From: Podarcis bocagei
Taxonomy: Eukaryota
Direction: 5' to 3' (one strand)
Length of the DNA: 64,000 nt
NCBI GenBank assembly: GCA_964188305.1
Contig: OZ076894.1
Part shown: positions 41,323-54,546 of the stretch, piece after piece
Layout: each line of letters starts with the position of its first letter
Numbering within the stretch: the first letter of the stretch is position 1
Made by a program: the position numbers and the translations under genes
Notes under the pieces: model-generated
What the model saw: the letters and a program-made list of their open reading frames with translations, nothing else
Told to the model about the DNA's origin: nothing
The model's database searches: none

Positions 41323-41601
41323 CAGTGGTGCCTCGCAAGACGAATGCGTCGCAAGACGAAAAACGCGCAAGACGAAAGAGTTTTCCGTTTTTTTAGTTGT
41401 TCCGCAAGACGAATTTCCCTATGGGCTTGCTTCGCAAGACGAAACGTCTTGCGAGTTCTTGCAAATTTGTTTCCTTTTTCTTAAAGCCGCTAAGCCGTTA
41501 ATAGCCGCTAAGCCGCTAATAGCCGTGCTTCGCAAGACGAAAAAACCGCAAGACGAAGAGACTCGCGGAACGGATTAATTTCGTCTTGCGAGGCACCACT
41601 G
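41323..41601. mobile_element. pogo/Tigger-type MITE (family D, CpG-rich, young)
   Basis: TA|CAGTGGTGCCTCGCAAGACGAA ... TTCGTCTTGCGAGGCACCACTG|TA: perfect 22-bp TIRs; multiple internal GCAAGACGAA repeats. Confidence 0.93.
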
Positions 41602-42040
41602 TATAAAATATATATTGTACTTGTTATCCTTGCATTATCTTTTTGTAAGGTGAAAGAGACTGTTCTGCTATTAAGCAGTACGCAAATGTTTTTGTTTGTT
41701 TTCTTGTTTTGATATTTTTGTAATACTCATTTTTGTCTTCCACAAGGTTGGTAGCTTGTTTTTCAGTTTAGCTTGAATGCGTCTGAACATGCAAAGTTCA
41801 TTTTGCCCATGCAAAGAAAAGTGAGCATTTTTCTTTTTAAAATACCTAAGGATAAGGTTCTCTAGTCATGTCTTACTTTTGAAGGCAATTTTGGCTGGAA
41901 GGCTCAGTATTCATTGAACAACACACGTTTCCCAGCATGAGGGTGCAGTGATGGGGACCATTCCACCTTTCATACTGCTGAGAAAGTTTCCTCTGTTGTG
42001 GAGGAAGAGTGAGGAAGGTGGAAAGCATAATGTCTAGTAC

Positions 42041-42370
42041 GCCAGCCAGTGTGGTGTAGTGGTTAAGAGTGGTAGTCTTGTAATCTGGGGAACCGGGTTC
42101 GCGTCTCTGCTCCTCCACATGCAGCTGCTGGGTGACCTTGGGCTAGTCACACTTCTCTGAAGTCTCTCAGCCCCACTCACCTCACAGAGTGTTTGTTGTG
42201 GGGGAGGAAGGGAATGGAGAATGTTAGCCGCTTTGAGGCTCCTTCGGGTAGTGATAAAGCGGGATATCAAATCCAAACTACTACTCCTCCTCCTCCTCCT
42301 CCTCCTCCTCCTCCTCCTCCTCCTCCTCCTCTTCTTCTTCTTCTTCTTCTTCTTCTTCTTCTTCTTCTTC
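42041..42370 (+). mobile_element. tRNA-derived CORE-type SINE (Squam3-like) with (CCT)n(CTT)n tail
   Basis: A box tggtgtagtgg, B-box-like ggttcgcgtct, CORE-like gctgggtgaccttgggctagtcac, trinucleotide tail. Confidence 0.8.
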
Positions 42371-44659
42371 TCATCACCATGTTCAAAACACTGAGTAACC
42401 TTCAGGTTAATACTGGTCATATTCAGCCAGGGAGTTTACCCAATACTTGTGTCTTCATGCCTGAAGAGGCCTACTTTCTCCAATCAAGGTGTGCAATGCT
42501 TTAGCATTTTGTGTTACAAGTATTAAATATTGTTCAGTTTGAAGCAACTGGAAGCATAGGAACCGACTCCTTTAGAAATGAAACATTGTCCAGGCCTATG
42601 GAAATAATATTCAGACTTTTACTGGTAGAACTTTCTTCAAAACAGAATTAAAATATCAAAAGAAATATCCATACAATATCTTGTGCTACCCAGCACAGGC
42701 ATTTTACAAAATATGAAAGAACCCAAACAGAGCTATAAGCAAAGGTTTCTCTCCAGGCTGTTTGTTCTTCCTTCAGGAGAGCCATTTACTTACATTGTTC
42801 TCCCTGCAGTGTTCAGAGAGAGGTAGCTGCAACAGCAATGAACAATGGAAGGAATGGGAATGCAGAGTGGTCAGCCTTGCCAGGACTTTGTAGAACACCA
42901 TTAACTTATATACATATACACACCCTTGACAATCCTCACTTCACATTCTATATCAACATCTGCTTGGTGAAAGTAAAGATATACACTGGTCTCATATGAA
43001 TCACACAATGCGTTAACAGCATATGTGTCTAATTAGAAAATCAAGGTTACATAAGCAGCGCTGGAGAAAAGGTATCCTGTGGTGTTAATACAATCATGTC
43101 AAGTGTTGATACAATTCATTACTTGCTATTACCAAATTGCTTCAAATATATGCATCCATGATGGATGAAAGAGGGCAGTTAAATAGTAAGGGCCTCAAAG
43201 AGCCCGTAGCCCAAATGCAGCAATAGGACTCTTCCAGTGGATGGAAGATGCTCTGAAAAGCGTCTGTAGAAAAGGCTCTACTAATATAGGAACCTTTATA
43301 GAGCAGTTATTCAATTAGACTTTTTTTTAAGGTAGACAGGCACAGGTTTGGGAAAGGGTTAATGAAAAAGGTGCCTAGCATTTATGTAGCATATGTCAAC
43401 TGCTCAAACTACTCTATATACATGGTTTCAGAGTGAAACTCAGTGGCACACTAAATGTGTGGCTCTGCCAAAAATGGCCACCACGCATCTAGTTGACTTG
43501 TTCCACCAACTTCATGTGGTGATGTTGGAACATACTGTGTTTCCCCATCTCTACAGCACAACATTGCTGTGAAAAGGGGCAGGGAAATGTGTGATTTCAT
43601 GACACCCCAGCATCTTGATAGATGGCAGCTGAATGTTTCAACTGCAGTTTGAGGCGAGGTGATTTGAAAGTTGCAGCTATACTTTCAGTTCTGTCATGGC
43701 CCATTTGAGGCATCACAGAACGTTGTCACCACAGGATGTGCAGACCATCATTGTGCTGGCAGGAGCTCGTAGTTCCACAAAACCTAAAACCTGCATTTTT
43801 TTCTGCTTCAAACCATGGTTTCCAAGCCTGTTTCGGAGTGCAAGGTCACATGTTTGGACATAATGGCAAACCATAGTTTTCTCTAAGAACTAACTGAATC
43901 CAAACATGCCAGGGTTGGGAAAGGTTGGGTGTGTCACTCAAGGCTAACCCACATCACACTAAACCCTGGACCTTCCATTACATTATATTCCAAGCTCAGT
44001 AATGGGAGGGGACGAGGTGCTATTTTACCCCTCTCAGTGAGCACAAGCACCAACTAGGACAGGGCAAACTTTTCACCTTCAAGCGGAAACCCTTTGCATA
44101 TCAACTTCTCTATGCCTGACATTTCTGCCATGGAACCTCTGAATACTGCCAAGGTTTCTGGGATGACAACTGGGGGGTATTTGCTCTTCTCTAGGAGTTG
44201 TCTGCTCTACCCTCTGTTGGTTTCTGTTTCCCTCACTGAGCAGCAGCTGCAAGTCATGGGACTATGTTTTCATTCCACAGTTCAGTTACTGTTGGATTCC
44301 CATGGGAAAGGGAGACTGGATGTGACGTTCACTGGTTTCCTGTTTCTTTGTTCTTTCGTTTCTTTGGAGTTGCTCTCTGCTCTCACAGAGGCAAGATGTA
44401 TATTTGTGTGTTCTCGGTATAGCTTAGAAATAAAGCATAGCAATGTAGCACCATACCTGCTTCATCCTTTCGTTTGTGGACACTGGGATTTTACTCTGCT
44501 GGGCTCAAGGCAAGATGAGCCATATCAGCTCGAGGGCCGGAGCTGAATAAAACTGACACCCTCGCCACCATCCCCTTTGAACAAAGATGTGCCCTAGAAT
44601 GTACCAACACACCCACACCCAACAAACCCCAGGATTATATTCTAAGATAACGACAAAAA

Positions 44660-44895
44660 AACAATAATAATCATTTATTTTTTATATCATGCCCATCTGG
44701 CTGGGTTTCCCCAGCCACTCTGGGTGGCTCCCACAGAATATTATTATTAATAATAATAAAGTGATAAAACATCAAACATAAAAAACTTACTTAAACAGGG
44801 CTGCCTTCAGATGTCTTCTAAAAGTCAGATAATTGTTTATTTCCTTGACATCTGATGGGAGGGCATTCCACAGGGCGGGCACCACAACTGAGAAG
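44660..44895 (-). mobile_element. L2 LINE 3' end fragment
   Basis: Homologous to 40051-40260. Confidence 0.85.
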
Positions 44896-45694
44896 GAGTG
44901 GTGGGCAAGCTGTCTTATAGGCAAGCATGTCTACCATTGGATTCCTTTTGTGGTCACAGTGCCACCCTGCCTGTGCAGGAACTATAGCTTAAGTGTGATG
45001 AGCAAATGCAAACAGACAACAATCTGGATTAGAAATGGCCACGACTTTATTGATTCCCGATATAGGTGGATTTTGGCTCAGGCATTGGGTGAGGGAGGGC
45101 TGAAACTTTAAATAAGGTCAGGCCAAAGATTATGGCTTCTCCAAGATGACAATCTACTGAGGTGGCCATCCTCAGGCCACCAATGGAAGCTCTATGTCTC
45201 ATGCTTGGCTTCTGGATAGAGACTTCCACCTAGACTTCCACCCCACCTAATGGGGTACCCAGAATAAGCCGCTTGTCTAGGTCCAGGTGATGCATCAATT
45301 CACCCCAAACCTTCGTGACTAGGATTCCACCCAATGCCTTGACCGCCACTAGCAGGCCCTGATTGGCTGATTCAAACAACAACAACAAATTGCGGGCAAT
45401 CTCTCCCTGCAATGTGGCCAGCCTAAGATTTTCAACAGCTGGCTAGCCCATGCATCCTAGCTGCTGGGGAGGCGACCAATCCACGAGAGGCTGTAACCGC
45501 TACCCGCTCAGAATACGGTAAACAGCCATTGATGACACATTGAGGAGAAAGTGTGTTCTGAGTGCTGTGGAAAGGGAAAGACAGAGTGAGGTACTTCACA
45601 CATGCATTGTTCATAGATGACACAGCAGATGACTGCAATATCTAGTGAATAGGCCATCATGCGACAGGCAAAACTTCATGTTGCAGATACAATA

Positions 45695-45920
45695 CAGTGG
45701 TACCTTGGTTCTCGAATTTAATCCATTCCATGAGTCTGTTCGACTCCTGAAATGGTTAGAAAACCAAGGCTTCCTGCACTCAATCGGAAGCCACTGAAGC
45801 CGCGTCAGACGTTCAGCTTTCAAAAAACGTTCGCAAACCCGAACACTCACTTCTGGGTTTGCAGTGTTTGGGAGCTGATTTGTTTGGTAGCCAAGCCGTT
45901 CGACTACCAAGGTACCACTG
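45695..45920. mobile_element. pogo/Tigger-type MITE (family B)
   Basis: TA|CAGTGGTACCTTGGT ... ACCAAGGTACCACTG|TA. Confidence 0.88.
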
Positions 45921-47070
45921 TATTGCTTTGCATTACCACAAAAACAATGTTGGTCAATGGAGTAAGTTCACATTTCCACCTGTCGGCATTAATGGACTTC
46001 AGGATCATATGACTGTGATGGTGCACAATCCAGTTGAGTTTCATTTTTGCTTCAGTCTGATATCTTTCCCAAGGCAGCAGAGGAGGAAAAAATGAACATT
46101 GCCTTATATGTAATTGTTTGAAGTATTAGTCTTCAACACGTTAATATGTATACATAGGAGATTTTCTAGAGAAGCCACTCTCGTTTTGAAGCATGGGGAA
46201 AGGGGGGGGGGTGACTCCAAGAATGGTAAAAAAAAGAAAGAGTGAAAGCAAGGAAGAGTAAAAGACAAACATAACTAGTTTGCAAGTGAGCCAAATTTTA
46301 GAGGATTATGTTCTTAATCTTGACATTCAAAGAAGACATCCTGTGATGCTGTAAATGTTCCAACAGGATTAAGCAGAGAGACTGCAGAGACACTAAGAGC
46401 ACTCCAACCTTTCTCCAATATGCTCATTTTTCAGGGGCAGAGAATTGTGAAAGGAGCTTCGTGTTAGATTTGGCTCTCACGAGCCAAGTTTATTGTGTCA
46501 AAGTTTAATTTGCATCCTTTATACAACACCAATAAGGCTATTCTGGTTTGTTTTTTCTTACTTTCCCTCTCTTCTCCTAGCAGTTTGTCCAGTGAAGATG
46601 ATAAATGGTGAATTTAGATGCCAAAATAATGTGTCTCCAAAGAAATCGCAAGTAGGTCACCAACACACACAACATAAAGCAAGAATTAGCAGACTCGAAT
46701 TTGAAACATCCAAAGCAGCTAACAAATTGTAGTTTGGTTTGGTTTTAACATAAAACATATCAAAACATGCACTGAGAGCTGTGACACATCAGGAGAAACT
46801 GTATCCAGACTTCAGTTGAAGTCAGAGAAACGGCAATGTTAAAAGAAAAAATCTCCCAGCGATACAACATTCGCTTGTCAGGGGAGGAGAAAAAAACCCA
46901 GATTCCACCCTAGCTATCTCTCAGACATCTGTCTGGACAGGCAATTCTTATGTGGGAGAGCTTTAAAATATGACACCCCTCCCCTGCAGTCTGAAATGGT
47001 ACAGTCCAGGACCTACTGCACCACATAGTTCTCCAGATCCTGTATTTCAGCTGCAGGACTGTCATTCACA

Positions 47071-47424
47071 ACATTCTAAACGGCCTTGGTCCAGTATATC
47101 TGAAGGAGCGTCTCCACCCCCATCGTTCTGCCCGGACACTGAGGTCCAGCTCCGAGGGCCTTCTGGCGGTTCCCTCACTGCGAGAGGCCAAGTTACAGGG
47201 AACCAGGCAGAGGGCCTTCTCGGTAGTGGCACCCACCCTGTGGAACGCCCTCCCATCAGATGTCAAAGCGATAAACAACTACCTGACATTCAGAAGACAT
47301 CTGAAGGCAGCCCTGTTCAGGGAAGTTTTTAATATGTGACATTTTAGTGTATTTTTCATCTTTGTTGGAAGCCTCCCAGAGTGGCTGGGGAAACCCAGCC
47401 AGATGGGCGAGGTACAAATAATAA

Positions 47425-47469
<45 letters not shown>
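47071..47469 (+). mobile_element. L2 LINE 3' end with (ATT)n tail
   Basis: Reverse complement of the 40051-40410 copy; ends gtacaaataataaattattatt... Confidence 0.9.
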
Positions 47470-47471
<2 letters not shown>

Positions 47472-48174
47472 ATTATGCAATGTATGTTCATAAGGAGTCC
47501 CCCTTTTTTAAAAAGAGACTGCTTATAAATAAAGGTCTTCTGAAAGACTTAAGCAGGACAATGTATCTACACACACACACACACCCCATGTGTAACACAG
47601 ACATGAAACTGCTGCCCAGCCAGATTGTTAATATCATTGAACATTCATCTTGCCAGGTGGGTAGACAAAGTTGTTTCTCAAGCAGTTAACTTTATCTGCA
47701 GTTTGTTAAATTGGAAGGCAAAGATAAAAGGTCAGCCAACTGTCTCATGTCTACATTCAGTTTGTCTGTTCCACGAAATGAAATGCTCTGATACAGGATT
47801 CTGAGGTATTTAATACTGCCTAGCAAATTAAGTGGACGGCATTTCTTGCTATTGCTGTGATGTCTTCCATGTTTTAGTTATGAGTGTGGAGGCAGGGTTT
47901 TGATTATATCATTATGAGAGAGAGAGAGAGAGGGAGAGGGAGAGGGAGAGAGGAAAGTGATATGAAATATGGTTGCACACATACCTGCACTTGAGTCTGC
48001 ATGTATGTTTTTTCCCTCCTATATCCACTTTGGTTTTTGCCCTGTCTGCAGTCCCCAATCTCTTTCCCCTGAAGGAATGCAGATTTTGGGGTGGGGGTGC
48101 AAGGGGTTGGGGAAGACTATCTACCCCTGATATAATATATCTAGTTTTTCATTTGGGTGAGATATGTGACTTAC

Positions 48175-48801
48175 AAGGGATGGGTGAAAAATTTGGTTCC
48201 ATTTGCATTCAAAGGCAAATCTATCGAAGTTGTGAGAATGGGAGCACAGCCAGACTTTGAAATTTGCTATTCTCCAAATTTTGTGACGCAGTTCCCCAAC
48301 CAAACAGAGTTTCTAAACGTACATCTTTTAAGATGAAGCGTGCACAAAAATGAACATGTTTGGTGGGAAAGCATATATACAGTGGTACTTCTGGTTATGT
48401 ACTTAATTCGTTCCAGAGGTCTGTACTTAACCTGAAAATGTTCTTAACCTGAAGCACCACTTTAGCTAATGGGGCTCCCGCTGCTGCTGCGCCACCGCCG
48501 CACGATTTCTGTTCTCATCCTGAAGCAAAGTTCTTAACCCAAGGTGCTATTCCTGGGTTAGTGGAGTCTGTAACCTGAAGCGTATGTAACCTGAAGCGTA
48601 TGTAACCCGAGGTACCACTGTATTGGGGGAGGGGGGATTGCTGGCAAAAATGATTGCATTAGTCAGAACCGCATACAAAAATGGGCTTATTAGGAGAAAG
48701 TCACACTAAAATTGCAATGAATTTCTATGAGGCTGCTGCAGTACACTGGAGAGCTGAATTTAAAAATGGGAAACAAAGAGGCCCAAAATTGACACATCCT
48801 T
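48175..48801. mobile_element. Non-autonomous DNA-transposon-like repeat (AGGGATG...CATCCTT) hosting a MITE
   Basis: Same family as 7092-7524; interrupted at 48380-48620. Confidence 0.55.
48380..48620. mobile_element. pogo/Tigger-type MITE (family A)
   Basis: TA|CAGTGGTACTTC ... GAGGTACCACTG|TA; close to the 31629-31846 copy. Confidence 0.9.
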
Positions 48802-49531
48802 TGAGACCTGATGCGAACAACTATACCTTTAAAGGACATTCAAAGCGCATTCTTTCCCTCAAAGAATTCTGGGTACTATATTTTACCCCTCACAGAATTT
48901 CAATACATTCTGGATTTGCCTTTTTAAAAATATATACATTAGGGAAGTGGTTCCCAAAAATATATTCTATTCATCCTTGGGCCACCTTGTGGCTGAAACT
49001 GGGAATTGTGTTAGTTGTTTAATGATGGCATAATCCTTCCCCAATCCACTCTGGAAATAATTTTGGGAACAGAAATGTGTTTTTATTTTCAAACACCCCA
49101 CAGATATCTGTCAAATAGCCCAGCTGTGATTGCTTGTAGCAAAGTCAAATGACCTGCTACAAGCTGCCTACCCAGCCCGCCGCCGCCTTCATAAGTTATG
49201 GAAAAGAGGCTGACACTGAATTTTTTCAAACACACTTCTGCCGCAGAAACCTCTGGTCTAGGATAGAGATTTGGTTCCTTACTAGTGATGTACTACCTCT
49301 AATTTTGAGATACAATGCCAAATGGTGTGTATAAGGGGGCAGCAGAGGGGGGGGCGGTAAGCTTGCAAATCACTGATTTCATGGCACTCGATGCCCCTAC
49401 TTTAAGCCTGGAACTGATCCTAGTCAAATTGGTTTGACTAGGGCTGCACTGAGTAGCTTCTCCTCCTCTTTTAGGATGCAAACTTCTGAAGAGAGCAGGG
49501 CGCCTTCAGCCATATGGGCCTCCACACAATC

Positions 49532-50057
49532 CATAGCTGTCAACTTACAGATTTGAAAATAAGGGACCAGCAGCCTCGAAAATAAGGCATCAGCAGCCAA
49601 AATAAGGGATATTCAGAGCACAGCTATGTTCAACTTCTGAGCCCCTCCCAGCCAAAGGCAGAAACCCCAGCCAGCACCCAAACGAAGCCTCAAGCAGTGG
49701 TTCCCACAGCGCAGCAACCTGGCAAAGGGGCTGCAGCAAGGAAGACCACTGTCACCTCTCCACTGTGAAGCGCTGAGCAAAGGCGAGTCCCCAGGCAACG
49801 CAGCCGATTTGATCAGCACAAGGAATGCAAGCTCCACCCCCCAGTTGTTCTTAGACTCCTTATTGGGTGAGCAACGTAGCCAAGCAACACAGTTGGAGCC
49901 TCCCTCCTCCCTGGCTGGGAGGGAGGGAGGGAGGGAGAGGAGCTGCTTCCTTTGAAACCCGGGATATTTAAGGGACATCATCAATAAGGGACAGCAGCGG
50001 GACATGGTGCTAGGATAAGGGACTTTCCCGCCAAATAAGGGACAGTTGACAGCTATG
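49532..50057. mobile_element. hAT-type non-autonomous transposon
   Basis: TIR CATAGCTGTCAAC / GTTGACAGCTATG; 8-bp TSD acacaatc/ccacaatc; subterminal AATAAGG(G) repeats at both ends. Confidence 0.85.
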
Positions 50058-51087
50058 CCACAATCCAGGGTCCAGTGTGGCTGTACGGCTGCTGTGAGAA
50101 TAGATAGCTCTTTGGTCTGATCCAGTAACCCAGCTCTGACAGAGATAATAGGCTTAATTCAACATTCTTGCACCACTACCAATACTCATGAGCAAAAGCC
50201 CCTTTATTCATTCATCAAACCACCACAAATCATCAGCGGGATAATTGGGCCTTTCCTCTTGATTTACAATCATATTATATTTGAGAGCACGCTTTCCCAA
50301 TAATATACTGTAGTGAGGTTGTAACCACCCCCACCCCCGTTCCGTGAAATTATTCTTTAGCCACCTACAAATCTTCTTATCACAAGCGAATCCACAACCA
50401 ATGTCCATACAATGCATTTTTACAGAGATGAGTGAACTGTACAATTAAATGCATCTAAGAGCAGGTATCTGAATCTTGCTGAATTCTCTGGCCACACAAA
50501 CTGCTGTATTTTCCATCCCCTGAAAATCCGAAATGGCATTTTTAACCCCCTCCCACCTCAAATGGAACAAAGCACAGAAGGAATGCGCTGCCAGTGCTTT
50601 AGTTTATTCTTCTAAGGCTGCTCTGTGTCCTTAGCATAGGCATAATGATCTCCGCAATTGCCGCTTCCTGTCAATCTCTAGAGACAACTTTCCACAGTTC
50701 TCTCATTAGAAACACAACCTAAGGTAGTTGAGCACTCCGCCATCTCCAGGGACGCACTCCTGAGAGGTGTCCCCCTCCTTTTTCAAGGATGATGAAGGAA
50801 ATGAAATATGGCTGAAAATCCCCTTCTGCCACAAAGTTTCAACGAGCAGGTTCTGAAGTACAGGCAAAGCTGAGGAGGCCAGTGCTTCCTTTCTGACACT
50901 ACTGAAGGGAAACATAACTAAAACACATCCTGCTTTGTGTGAATGCTTTGACATCCCTGTGTTCATCAGCTGATGATGGGGTAATCAAGTATTGATTTCC
51001 ATGTGTCCATGAACAATTAAAGATTCACCACCTCATTTTTATCCCTAGTTATGTGACCACTGAGCCAAGGAGATAAATAACTATACA

Positions 51088-51210
51088 ACCTTTAGAAGAC
51101 ATCCGAAGGCAGCCCTGTATAGGGAAGCTTTTAAATGTTTTATTATGTTTTTATATATGTTAGGAGCTGCCCAGAGTAGCTGGGGCAACACAGTCAAATG
51201 GGTGGTGTGT
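51088..51210 (+). mobile_element. L2 LINE 3' end fragment
   Basis: tttagaagacatccgaaggcagccctg...gctgcccagagtagctggggcaac matches the other L2 ends. Confidence 0.75.
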
Positions 51211-51939
51211 ATATGTGTGCGTGCGTGTGTGTGTGTGTATCTATCTATCTATTCTGGAATAAGTCGTCCCAATTTTCACCAGAAAATTTTTGGAGTGTAT
51301 GTACTTTAGAATAAAGGATGGAGGTTATTGACTGGTGTATATACATGTGTGAAACAGGCCTGAGAAACCTGCCATCTGTATTATGCTTAAAACCTTCCCC
51401 CCCCCATGGGGATGGAAATAGGGGGGAAATGGAAGGCATTTCCCTGTTAAATACTTACATGTTCATCACAAAAAATCAAGGCTAATGTAAAAATGTATGT
51501 GTTTGCATGTTGACAAACACCTCATGCATAGACCATGCTAACAATCATTTGCTAACAATTTGGGTAGGCATATTCTTCCAGTGAAGAGGTAGCTATTCTG
51601 AGGCATTGGCTGCTCCTCAGCTGTTAAATGCAAGGAAATGCCAAACATAGAATGTGTACATTGTTCTGCCTCCCTAGTGCATCAACATATAGAAACGACA
51701 TGCCAGGAAAAAGTGATTTTGTGGGTTGGCATTAAAGTATTTGTTTATAGGCAGCATTTGTGCTTAGGCAAAAGTGACTACATGCATCGTAGGTTAAGAG
51801 CTGCAGTAAAAAAAAACCACCAATAGGACAGGCCAAAGACGATCAGCTGAACTGGTTTCTGAGCATGCATCTTCTTGCTCTCCATCTTCACACATGCGAG
51901 GTGCAAATGGCAGACCAGAGTGAAGACTTCTGCACTGCA

Positions 51940-51990
51940 GTCTGCCGCCCCAGCTCCGCCCAGCAACTTGCCCCTGATTGGGCTGGGTTA
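51940..51990. promoter_or_regulatory. GC-box/CCAAT-like motif cluster
   Basis: Two CCGCCC hexamers followed by TGATTGG (inverted CCAAT); motif match only. Confidence 0.25.
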
Positions 51991-52051
51991 AGCTGCTATC
52001 CCACCGTGCTCAGCGGCTGGGGATGGATCTAATGACTGACCATGAAAATAG

Positions 52052-52057
<6 letters not shown>

Positions 52058-52099
<42 letters not shown>
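52058..52099. repeat. (CA)n microsatellite
   Basis: Dinucleotide run. Confidence 0.95.
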
Positions 52100-52100
<1 letters not shown>

Positions 52101-53558
52101 GGGGAGACTGGGAGCCCACAACGGGCCACAACTGCCGCTTACCCCAGGTCCGGGTAATCAGCCATTCTAGAAAGCTTGTATCCATATGTGAAGACAAATG
52201 ATGAAGTGTTGAGGCTTCTACTGAAAACACTTGTTAAGTAGCAAGTTGTTTTTCAGTTTAAAAGGGGCTAGCCTCTTCAGCGGAGTAGCTTCTTCTGACT
52301 GCAGCAGACACTTCAAAGAACCTTCAGTCTGCCACTGTGGTTCTCCCCCAAGTATGTACAACACTTTCTAGAACGGCAGCTAAATTGAAGCATTACGTTT
52401 GTATATTATGTCCCAAACTTGCTTAGTGTCAGAACACTTTCTAAGCATTCCACAATTTAGCCAATTAATCTACCCAATTTAAAGGACTCATTCACGCATG
52501 CCTCTTCACTTGATAACTTCAATACCCAATGACATCTGTCATATTTAAAAGAGCCAACCCATGAATCTAAAATCATGGATAGGACCCATGGGAGCAGTCA
52601 GGATTTATGTGGTCGGAGGGCAGGAAACTCACCTGTCACCGTCCTCTGTCTAGCTCTGTCTACCAGATTCAGAATGAAGTGTCTGAACAACGGTTGTTTT
52701 AAATTATTATATTTTGACCCCAAGTGCTCAGAAAAATCTGTCAAAATCTTTCTACAATTTCTACTTTTAGTTAAGTATTTTTATTTATTTACTTGATTTA
52801 GTGGGGCAGCCCCCCCCCCCCGGTTATGCCCATGATAGGACTCCTGTATTGTGTCTCATCACCATAGTGAAAAATAATGCCTTTTTGGTAATGCCAGTTC
52901 ACAAAGCCAGAACAGGGTCTAGTTGCCAGATTCAATAACACACTCCATCTTCAACTTCCAGATGGGGAATTACCTATGGAAAGAACATGGTAAATTTCTA
53001 AGTGCCTCTTCAACAGAACCAGCGCTTTAAGCACGAACAGCTCACGGGTGTATTAATTTCAGAATATCAAATGAAATAAAATGGTCCAGCAAACCTTTAA
53101 ACAAAAGTAAATCACTTCCTTACAGCCTGCTAGGATTCATTTGTTTTGAAGCCTTGACTTGATTTTAAGACACGATCCATTTGTTCCCTGGGATATCATC
53201 CCTTCAAGATTGTAGAGCTAATACGGCCATCTTATCAAAGATGGATTCCGTATAGTCACTGTGGAACGCTGCATCAAATAAGGGGAGATTGCAGATCAGA
53301 AAATCCAGCCCTGCTGGTAAGAATATCTTTTACCACTGTGTCACCTTTTCTGGCCATTTTGCTTTGCTATCTTGCTGTGCAGCAATATCACCTGGAGATA
53401 GCACTTTATAAAATTATGAATGCTGTCATGAGAATGAGAATGCTTTTCTCTCAGAAGACTGGAGCTGGTAGTTCCACAAAGAACTTGATCTGCAGTGTTC
53501 CAGAAGTGTGCCAGCCTGTTCAAGCAAAAATAACTACAATTTGTGTGGTATCTTAGAG

Positions 53559-53854
53559 CTGGGGTCGGTAAACTTTTCCGCCACACATGCCCGCAGCTCT
53601 TTCCCCGCTGGCTCTCGGAGCCATGGCGGGAGGGAGGAGGCATCTGCGGCTTTCTATTGGCTGCAGGAACTTCCTGCAGCCAATAGGAAGCCTTGGCTGC
53701 GTCCCGGAAGCCAGTCCCCATGTGGAGCAACTGGCGTGGTGCGTCGGTTTAGCTCTGAGCAGAGACTGACTGAGCGGCCGGCAAGGGCTGGGGGCCGATT
53801 TAACGACCCCCTTGGGCCTTATCTGGCCCGCAGACCGTAGTTTGCTGACCCCTG
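53559..53854. mobile_element. hAT-type MITE
   Basis: CTGGGGTCGGTAAAC / GTTTGCTGACCCCTG termini; exact 8-bp TSD tcttagag at 53551-53558 and 53855-53862. Confidence 0.88.
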
Positions 53855-54038
53855 TCTTAGAGAATCACAAATCTATTCCAGCATAAGATTCCATGGGCCA
53901 GAGTTCACTCCACCAAATGTATGAATGATTTGCTTAAATGGGTAGCTGTATATAATCTGGGTACAGAGAAAATATATACATACCTATAAACAAAGGGAGT
54001 CAAAAGAGCTAAGGGATGTGATGAACAGGGTTTAGCAA

Positions 54039-54272
54039 TAGTCATACTTTGGTTTTCAAATGCCTTGTGAGTCAAATGTTTTGGATCCCAAATGCCACAA
54101 ACCCAGAAGTGAATGTTCCGGTTTGCAAACATTTTTGGAAGCCAAACGTCTGACAGGGCTTCCGCGGCTTCCGATTGAGTGCCAGTCGGAAGTCGTACCT
54201 TGGTTTTCTGACATTTTCAGAAGTCGAACGGACTTCCAGAATGGATTCCATTCGAGAACCGAGGTACGACTG
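54039..54272. mobile_element. pogo/Tigger-type MITE (family B)
   Basis: tagtcatactttgg ... ccgaggtacgactg|ta; internal similarity to 23944-24193. Confidence 0.78.
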
Positions 54273-54546
54273 TACCATATTAGTAATAGAATAAAAGATC
54301 CAATCAGTGTGTGCTGGTTTGATTCATTCCCAGGTATGGGCCACTGACTATATGTCTTGCCACAGCAAAATTAGTACAGTGGTACCTCAGGTTACATACA
54401 CTTCAGGTTACATACGCTTCATACGCTTCAGGTTACAGACTCCACTAACCCAGAAATAATACCTTGGGTTAAGAACTTTGCTTCAGGATGAGAACAGAAA
54501 TCACATGGCGGCGCGGCAGCAGCAGGTGGCCCCATTAGCTAAAGTG

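Noticed and set aside
41335-41590. GCAAGACGAA repeats resembling a CRISPR-like array
   Set aside because: Repeats are 10 bp, irregularly spaced, in both orientations, and lie inside a TIR- and TA-bounded MITE
42044-42115. tRNA gene
   Set aside because: tRNA-derived SINE head with no complete cloverleaf; the same applies to 60800-60865 and the Sauria SINE heads
42034-42504. Poly-K/R and poly-P/L ORFs
   Set aside because: Translation of the SINE's (CCT)n(CTT)n tail
45112-45560. Possible degraded DIRS or other retroelement coding remnant
   Set aside because: No diagnostic motif could be read with confidence
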